The notes beneath the pieces were generated by a model. The model made no database searches and was not told where the DNA came from. It worked only from the letters and a program-made list of their open reading frames with translations. The translations under genes were made by a program, and so were the position numbers. Below are positions 60,301 through 64,000 of a stretch of 64,000 bases of DNA, one piece after another (the stretch's first letter is position 1; each line of letters opens with the position of its first letter). Origin of the DNA: an uncultured virus (IMG/VR IMGVR_UViG_3300004097_000004) (Duplodnaviria; Heunggongvirae; Uroviricota; Caudoviricetes; Schitoviridae); the IMG/VR virus record IMGVR_UViG_3300004097_000004; one strand, 5' to 3'.

Positions 60301-60665
60301 AGGTCAGTATCAACATCTGTACTACCTTTAGTAACCATGTCATAAATCATTTTGTGACCAGAACCTGCCAGAGCAGCACTAGATGCTAAACCACTAGCAG
60401 CACCAACTAGGCCTGAGCCTATAGCATTAGCCGTATCTTTGAGCACAGCAGTAGCAGTATTGGCTTTAGGCACACGGTTAGCTGCCAGTGTGTTTGGCTC
60501 ATACACTACTTGGTTTGGTTGGTTGAAGTCAGGTATAGGTTCAGCTACCTTAGTGGCTATACCATTTTTAGTCTTGAAGGTATCAAGTGTTGTTGCAACG
60601 TTAGCACGTGCATTCTCAAGATCAATTTTGTTCTGCTCAATATAATCTGTAATGGTATTCGCCAT
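48369..60665 (-). CDS. Virion-encapsidated RNA polymerase (vRNAP, N4 gp50-like), 4098 aa
   Basis: NNRMHY, motif A SDGVNNG, motif B RANMKALLIPFGYSAG, motif C VHDA; C-terminal QFSDL.AKY...FINY; no Cys seen, as in N4 vRNAP. Confidence 0.93.
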   Translation of the reverse strand: MANTITDYIEQNKIDLENARANVATTLDTFKTKNGIATKVAEPIPDFNQPNQVVYEPNTLAANRVPKANTATAVLKDTANAIGSGLVGAASGLASSAALAGSGHKMIYDMVTKGSTDVDTDLTINNTKQALGLNQAKEFLQENKSDLVKNKQALLDGIMKNTNMSETDRAGAVAGYYKDNPDMLLLDTAKVLPQSVVEMYTGGKVVSGIRGLNKMSAAARVGTATSGTVFGNAISEAADDPNNDVDARTIMAAAAKGLTVGGITGGFARLAPHGDMDTILSGMAGNSARTLKGAAIGAPVEGVEEFLGESAEKVIDNWDKRIRLDQGALAAGTQGLLIGINANVATTLPGVVGSATADVGTAIEQRDTRKNGTAEENVDITSDKFNPVRAYKDALFKSGSSNPEERAQAELTVVAASKAIYTRVDEMEKAIDSETDIATQTKLINDLIEFEAKYVAPMEAEVKNHINSVKANKAEIIEQSREMIGNVSKSLESTASVRAARYDAAIADRGTEIGSYTPSRSDDQVSTTSTGIANSDDTSHMSDDQRKTWEVSKSAVAKVPYFKEASEKFGVPMRVITAIVATESGGKFSAKSPTGAVGLLQHTGIFRKEYGLRTGDSIGVTNAAVDATVQDLAKSYKEFGNWDDAILAYNAGRGGVRSYKNGTFSGSAARKAEVDGYVGKVRGYLGGGSVGTATNSGNGFVSNDKLKGLRIKSGESIGNGEVRGYTADFAKVTQDLVGDELVHFASFNDDFHGSRGGQHPKGQAFDFSIKGTQAEAKAKSADIVKKLEASAKAQGFTIKVLNEYTNPSEGATGGHIHVSVTGRIAGQSSAENTEETVDYDAEEIAPLDIPFDEEVDITEEENIEEFIESTDAFIDENEKYISKSKRDLVSVLGEKEIEESPLYSQAQKVALRKLLGIKEKIKSGNDIDKVSTEIYKGKKGATTLESNLGIQQYEEVITRSISTNDTDTADKYLGMLDNFVDNHASKNTLIQDNIAAATRDNPLTIAPNENNEWGIVDRSAYTEAEFKKAGGLSFNGPNRLTKAIQSEANDLSDFREAMGVISSTLINTQNPVVASTVTAPVVVPTPTTPVTTTTASAPTPTAAVPPVSVSPTPVVPVNPATVFAEQDDTVDDAIYLTDDTFGFNEKNQYGLNVATDETLDKNTAAIDKVLATAETGNVMFPDVGVGAKLKANAPKTYAYLQEQLQSKLGVDNTTLLANAPRKVVPKRSAVNSKGKLSTVASNPLEPQQGSNELTTTSTVGKRGYRNNYSGPSNTGGQWSLNIVRNKSDNRVAKVVLDNTDIEGKNVRSILEFDDMMTDGDIIDQIEADNGIKQVLQQTDSSEASVDTTPELDNVKGRTFPKELRKATVIEPVIDTLFDYIESETVSTKERKLYTSIIKPILNFNPGLKIRLSETVKASSYDKSNNTIYVKVNSKGSNILQETTRMVVYSATANLAIRLQDSTYENIKAEGKQMVQLNYDLSKAKRDIERIVTLSGKEYMGLTRKEKARLLDALSSNEKLLGAVVSDPAIGKFLRSVSTTEGKVKSSLFRKITNSLRTFFNIASNDQTATLFDRMMDITSRTVELQSKNNEVNFKSSEGGKAKVFQDVIKEEVEIERSKEFWQRNQLLAGFTQVAAKSKPLSGVANLASKLKIDLMQGLGSLVSESPTKAQRDQLVDFLAYRDELSQHLLDTFKSKGKSDKTGADFNYQDLKGFLQEDGQIDENTLTSVALATYNWAIEFGNKNLSNDKDIKKFLNLNPDEDAYIPDRIREQYQFLTEIKTYSMLSIGKAAAGAMNIKATDFVKLEAQSAFESSLGEWAINAMQSANLIHLHTIPTTQHIANIEYVGGDLDTTLRGGSTQALNTNGVVNFISVSGVNGGQKNRRLNEIAFKNKNTLGYMEKVFGIEIGLRAPTLEPSSKVKTTIKRTKAVTSAIQTVFTKKMQDEAISIDEDMFKSLNTLISVDRDAALQMIGALVTDEALAEEHKDDRASLVSAAEGIMRDLENANDFIGSLPRQADGELVRFYDGVYGAKNNRMHYNSNMFNFQSSLLHRSMGQYDNFNSTVELDGLRADVPNFFNEDGQLSELGLFYKALGERAEGTEKIIEKALEGTKYSKGFTQDKIPGEVFLPAFHEYMSTDPLVAEAVAAARNLLTKPNNMSKADTAKIAELVAVWKGGAESLRGLLEYTKLTMALESGDVSFNTRIGIHSDGVNNGIALANVSLGTATDRFLSQVGMFVKGSKYSNFFDTRTDKDLQDYYEGFGTVLKKVFTSKWNQGKNLLNAKGKPTDQAILLRLNTSFFERANMKALLIPFGYSAGMKRIKSLAYGQFLQDVKGTMKQLAKKDFSDPKVVAEHKLLKDNLEYLSGTEIDLPTGKDILEYWFDMKTLNKLGTKYEAELGGVVEKAMQEYAADFIEQRDLNVRIQGAASEAYLTVRDVLVKQGNEAYVQTLVDSGMTKDKADKLFKAEGMPAKYFTENVAPKLMALVPTVKTPYNHSSDNNEGNFVMLDETSKVEQDRQSKSIGYRVNADGVLIEASSNLPVKEQIQKSVGVFGNSAQVQGMDAFIAGWTSAFGGQVNINVHDAGISGLTGFRAMVNMQNKATYEGLRDYATQTQSLKTMIDTFTAVAAMVESGEVNKAMYRDIVVSGINGINGSKMTDTSARSLNNQLRNIIDDVRTSQANKIDIIRRLETVHQYAGEGAPYLTSNSDSKLVDEAESKANDLLDSMGAILEINTKVLDQKKGPSEVEESVEITGVQTMTELFTEFDEELGGSVTPVKTLMDYVTNRLAATNPDIKFEWVPEIIGPNNNSSYQGYYAGNDNIIQLSRKVFSKIPAGEKIVVLAHEIIHAVSVHNITKSTDPVTQEAVQQLRDMLTELRGVDQNRFTVTRELENVEELIAYGLTESDFLQFIGENLKGKYTAPTGKASTGLRAFIKAVTDFFGGSKKFDNNVNTFMRLADAVSKGSYQQSRQGTINFNTARSSDVLKSLGKGSISNEFDAHLDGLIDSIITPNYESSAQEAKKTDDIIKKVSQRALNAGFTLSDKELHVMEILKAVGKTYLDKHSGSKTAAQMSKIYDNIIRQLKVEDFLKDPSTATATEKAIARKQLGYVMNNDKLNKQEHLERLYALSLSSAEFRGILSKQENSIKAEVNEGWFNKIMAVFADMVSWITSKYMSTNGLDTPSELDVLFKNLANIDAKARANKTHMIDNVYNAVTSTVTTPANFVTDKLVKAMFKGLNLAASSTTAISGLSSVLSAAAKTERTGVMGLVSQVVANDAAAGRDGSNRQSGFGEILNELARTQGMKQEVEQSIRAVSKAGQTRNTVKTQAKAIILKYFKDGAKDIGKDMMNSMTQVALRTDMSSLMNNGFSIKKVMQLLTDDSKLQTEIANYESKLANLPNGNDMLMQTKSLGLYMAKEVATDHMVKNAESIAIGLGSWYESSMSDMDTDLRDNIDVLASLYAVTMTDKVNRTSLKELIALDPNGVEATIKAHRDMITRSKEDFNDNPYNFSKGYMPQETHHLRSLKFADTVEEIDSLKSAGWVEVTPGDLKQDSHDRTSARTLMFHNDISYQDYVSGALDMKDTHAKGTTVYDEGGMQDLNRVQAAKLADRRNRAASKRYTAFDPNTSKRGTLIANYASEGTLISYGYEMSGALRDTYLERNNNAIDLLGALESNIQFKPEIRESQIDLAQKLHKDFAASYANDPRQFVTLDPNSSDENVRTMYRMMPYAFKNEATKLFGKGNPIVVRSNVYNSVFGFRAYSMSKMFEKVTGEKNAIEMILTNVLTAIFKDKAQMRAIQGERSWQYAISQIKDFVVIRNVQVLIGNIVANSLLLSLHGVPPVQQAKDFVSVWRNGGSYRKLAVRVVEIETELAINQNRADKLRDLKRERSKIMKAMERNPMHDFMQAGLMSTIVEDVKVGKDDTAFKSDFEKKLEEIGDNIPKQVVEGFNWAVTNPGTPLHDFMAHSTQFSDLAAKYSLTTKLMKEGKSMQDAIAVAQDNFINYDVPTSQGLDYMNRMGLFMFTKFFIRFQQVLLSRLNEKAGSTIAQHIGVEHFTGLAGVMDPFALGRIGNNPFTAGIFNYDEAVANITTVDAITGLFGN

Positions 60666-60732
60666 TTTATACTCTCTATGTTTAATTGAATAACTGGGTA
60701 TAGTTTATACCACATACAAAACTACAGATAAT

Positions 60733-60757
60733 AAAAAAGCCACCATTTAGGTGACTT
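60733..60757 (-). terminator. Possible terminator after the gp51-like gene
   Basis: Minus-strand AAGTCACC/GGTGGCTT followed by a T-run. Confidence 0.55.
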
Positions 60758-60767
60758 AGTTTAGATC

Positions 60768-62333
60768 TTAGTAATTATTTCTCAGATCGTAGACACTTCG
60801 TGGAGTACCACCACTAGCCTTAGATGGTTTAACTTGATTGCCACTTTTCTCAATAGCAGCGGCAGCTCTTTTAGCTTTTAGTGCCTTGTCCACATACTCG
60901 GGTTTGTCTGTGTAAACAGGGCCTTTGTACTCACTGTTTCTTAATGATGGGGGTAGGTACTTGTTATGCTCACTATCAGGACCCATATTCATAATTTTAG
61001 TTAGTTCAACTGCGTCAACCAGTTTACCTGCACCCCCAAAAAAGTTTGCATACACTTCGGCGATAGCGTTGTTTTCTTTTATAGGTTGTGTCTGTTGACG
61101 TAGGCGGTTAACAAAATTAGGTACTACCTCTTCGTAAAGACCCTCATAGTTAGATACCCCTGCTACGTTCCATGTGCCCGCACTATCAGACTGAAGCTCA
61201 CCTGTTGCCATGGCTTGAATTACAGCCCACTTCTCATCGTCATTGAGTTTAAGTGACTTACCTTGCACATTCTGTAGAGCATAGTTAGTTAAAGACTTCT
61301 GTGCTTGCCCTAACTGAACATTGTCAAGAACCCTATTATCATCAGGGGTTTTCATGTACTCAAGAACACGGTCAGCAAACGGTACAGAGTCTGTAGGGTT
61401 ACGCAGCTTACGTACAGCATCATCTACCTGAGCTGCCAATCCTTGTGCAGCAGCTCCTGCATCAATACTACCATCTTTTTTAAACATCGTAGGTGGTAAG
61501 CCATATAACTCCGCTTTATTACGTACTTCTGCAACCTGAGCTTGTTGTGTTTTAGCTGTACCCTCCTGTATCTTAAAAGACAAGCCAACATTGCCACGAG
61601 TGTTAGCATCAATAGCATTATTAATGTTTGTCTCGGCAGTTTTCTGACGTAGTCTTCTCTCATAAGCATCGTTATTCTGACTTTCACCTAGTGCAAACAG
61701 ATTAGCAGAATCAAGCATATCTATACCATCAGGGTCAGATTTAGCTATGGCCTGATCCATTTCTAATTGGTACTTAGCAGCTTCAGCTTTACCCTCTGGT
61801 GTAGTCATATCCAATGTACCTAAGTAAGCTTCACCACTACTCATTATTTTTAAAATGTCTGAGTACTGTGCTTCTTTCTTGGCTGCAGCAGACGCAGCTT
61901 CTGCTTCACTATTGGTACGTGCGTTAACAATACCTGTCTGTGTCATGTCTTGGGTAGCTGACTGTAGATCAACACCTGCTTGGGCATTACCTATCTGCTT
62001 ACCACCACGGTTGAGTAACGTGTCTTTACGTGTATCCAGTGCTGCTCCTATTACAGTTGGGTCCCAGTTGTTACCTGTTGCTGCTGCCATACCTTTGAAC
62101 TGCTCCATTAGAGCTGCTACGGCAGTAGGGTCATTTATGTTCTCAGGTGTTTGCTGATTAATGATAGCTTGCATATCTGCGTGATTACGGTTCTGTACCG
62201 CACCCATAGCCTCTTGGAATACACCTTGCAAACCAGTTAATGCAGTGTTACCTGATTGGGCTGCCGCTAGGCGCAAAGCATTACTATCATTAAAGTTAGC
62301 TCCTGCAACTTGTCTAAAGTCAATTGTAGCCAT
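60768..62333 (-). CDS. Internal virion / ejection protein (N4 gp51-like)
   Basis: MATIDFRQV N-terminus; Ala/Gln-rich and Cys-free; synteny. Confidence 0.75.
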   Translation of the reverse strand: MATIDFRQVAGANFNDSNALRLAAAQSGNTALTGLQGVFQEAMGAVQNRNHADMQAIINQQTPENINDPTAVAALMEQFKGMAAATGNNWDPTVIGAALDTRKDTLLNRGGKQIGNAQAGVDLQSATQDMTQTGIVNARTNSEAEAASAAAKKEAQYSDILKIMSSGEAYLGTLDMTTPEGKAEAAKYQLEMDQAIAKSDPDGIDMLDSANLFALGESQNNDAYERRLRQKTAETNINNAIDANTRGNVGLSFKIQEGTAKTQQAQVAEVRNKAELYGLPPTMFKKDGSIDAGAAAQGLAAQVDDAVRKLRNPTDSVPFADRVLEYMKTPDDNRVLDNVQLGQAQKSLTNYALQNVQGKSLKLNDDEKWAVIQAMATGELQSDSAGTWNVAGVSNYEGLYEEVVPNFVNRLRQQTQPIKENNAIAEVYANFFGGAGKLVDAVELTKIMNMGPDSEHNKYLPPSLRNSEYKGPVYTDKPEYVDKALKAKRAAAAIEKSGNQVKPSKASGGTPRSVYDLRNNY

Positions 62334-62337
62334 ATTC

Positions 62338-62898
62338 TTATACTCCGTATTTGCTCATGTAGTCGTCAACACTTGCGTAGGTATTAGGGTCTTTAGCTAC
62401 ACGTGTTGCTTGACGATCAGCCAGTGCTGCATTGGTAGTTTTAGCAGATGCTTCAAAGTTTTTATTAAATGAGTCTTTGGTGAATTGAAACTGATCATCA
62501 GCTAGTTTGTTTTGTTGGTAGGCATTGTACATATTATAGACACTCTGTGCTCCGCCCAGCACTGCACTACCTTTTTCACCAAAAGACATCTTATCCCAAC
62601 TTGCAGCACCTTGATCAATTATCTCCCCTGCTCCTTGAGCTACTGCTGAGACATCTGCACCTACACCCGCATAGGTATTAGGGAACTTGGATTGAAGCCA
62701 TTGTTGAACAGAGTTAAGCTGCTTACCTGCACTCACTTGTATATCAGGTGCAACGTTAGAGACACTGTTTACTATAGGTGTAATGCTCCCTGTTTCTGCC
62801 ATACCTCCAGTATTGCTGTAAGGACTTGGAATACTAACATTTGGTGTTTGTGCCCCCTGCAAGATGCTGCTTATTGTGGTAGGAAATTGTATAGCCAT
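62338..62898 (-). CDS. Internal virion / ejection protein (N4 gp52-like)
   Basis: Q.KLA..QF.F.K..FNKN......N..L.DRQ..R...Y..KY pattern. Confidence 0.8.
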   Translation of the reverse strand: MAIQFPTTISSILQGAQTPNVSIPSPYSNTGGMAETGSITPIVNSVSNVAPDIQVSAGKQLNSVQQWLQSKFPNTYAGVGADVSAVAQGAGEIIDQGAASWDKMSFGEKGSAVLGGAQSVYNMYNAYQQNKLADDQFQFTKDSFNKNFEASAKTTNAALADRQATRVAKDPNTYASVDDYMSKYGV

Positions 62899-62909
62899 TA
62901 CTGTAATCC

Positions 62910-64000
62910 TTATGTGATTAATAGTTCTTCAATAGGCTCATTAGGCCTACTGTTGATGGTTTTATATTGAAGTGGTATATCTTTTGCTGCTGCTAAGAAG
63001 TAATCCACTGAATTGTAGGACAAGTCATAAACATCAACAAAGGTGCTTCTAGTATAGAAGTCTTCAGCTGTCTCACCCAAATTTATATTTACCGTGCTTA
63101 TAGGTGTCAGTAGCTGTTCTAAAGTTAAAGGTACAACACCTGTGTTAAGCATCTCTTGGGCTTCAGATAATCTGTCCCACTCACTTTCAGCGTACTCATC
63201 AAACTCTTGCATCTTTTCTTGTACTAGTTTGATCCTTTCTGCTGTCACACGTGCATACATATTAAATGCTTGGTTTGTGGCTTCCATCAAATTTTTAGCA
63301 TCTAGTATCTTACTAAAATCTATCTTACCTGACATAGCCCCTGCTGCTACCAATATCAATGTTATTACAGCTGTAAGTTCAGGGGATAATCCTACAGCCA
63401 CTGCTATCTCTACAGCTATGTTGATAATTACTTTAATGGCTAAACCAGTTAATACAGTGACTACTACCGCCTCCATTAAGGCTGTAAGAGTTAGGCCAGA
63501 ACCCGGTACGATTAAATTCATACCAATAGATATGACTGCCATTACTACTTTAAATATAGTGCTTTCATACCATTTCTCTTTTATGACTTTCTTGGTGCTA
63601 ACAGTTATCTGCATGGCTCTGTTAAGCAGTAACTCTCTTCTATTAAATTGAGATTGCTCAACCACTGTTATATCTAGTGGTACTGTTAAATTCTCATCAT
63701 AGTCTATGGCTGTAACTGTGTTGTTCTGATATATCTGCTTAATCCTGAGATCGTGTAGTGTCAGTTCTATGTACTGGTTATCACCTATCTGGTAAACGAA
63801 TATGTGCTTACTGGTAGTTGAGCCAAATACACTGTTACCTTTGTTTGTACGCACAATACCGTACTTAACACAGAACTCACCTTTAGCTAAATCAGCACCA
63901 TCGTTATTAGTAGTGACACCAGTACGTACTGATTTGCCTGCTTTGGTATAACTTAACACCTGAGTGTATTCACTATCTGTTATGGTTTGAGTCATTCTAC
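62910..64000 (-). CDS. Structural protein (N4 gp53-like), 5'-truncated by the window edge
   Basis: KWYE...FK hydrophobic region, ETAEDFY.R; frame runs to the window end. Confidence 0.75.
   Translation of the reverse strand, partial: RMTQTITDSEYTQVLSYTKAGKSVRTGVTTNNDGADLAKGEFCVKYGIVRTNKGNSVFGSTTSKHIFVYQIGDNQYIELTLHDLRIKQIYQNNTVTAIDYDENLTVPLDITVVEQSQFNRRELLLNRAMQITVSTKKVIKEKWYESTIFKVVMAVISIGMNLIVPGSGLTLTALMEAVVVTVLTGLAIKVIINIAVEIAVAVGLSPELTAVITLILVAAGAMSGKIDFSKILDAKNLMEATNQAFNMYARVTAERIKLVQEKMQEFDEYAESEWDRLSEAQEMLNTGVVPLTLEQLLTPISTVNINLGETAEDFYTRSTFVDVYDLSYNSVDYFLAAAKDIPLQYKTINSRPNEPIEELLIT

Overview
This window is most of an N4-like (Schitoviridae-type) podophage genome, apparently starting near the left end. 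It contains early genes with hairpin promoters, a two-subunit RNAP II, an AAA-ATPase/vWA-metallopeptidase pair, a helicase, and a family-A DNA polymerase that is both interrupted by an HNH-encoding group I intron and split into two genes. A minus-strand island holds the lysis genes and a 2831-aa modular tail protein. After it come thyA, dNMP kinase, exonuclease, primase, AAA, SSB, resolvase, one tRNA(CAT), a 4098-aa virion RNA polymerase and the first ejection/structural genes. Two observations stand out. (1) Twelve otherwise dissimilar small proteins share a strictly conserved C-terminal tail, L-x-x-[LIM]-D-x-[ILM]-L-COOH, and six of them flank or sit between the AAA and vWA genes, suggesting a modular adaptor system. 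(2) A ~540-nt, heavily pseudoknotted non-coding region with its own sigma70-like promoter lies just upstream of the tRNA. There are also several candidate anti-defence sponge or ring-nuclease genes, and muralytic domains inside the vRNAP. Family assignments come from motifs recognised by eye; no searches were run.
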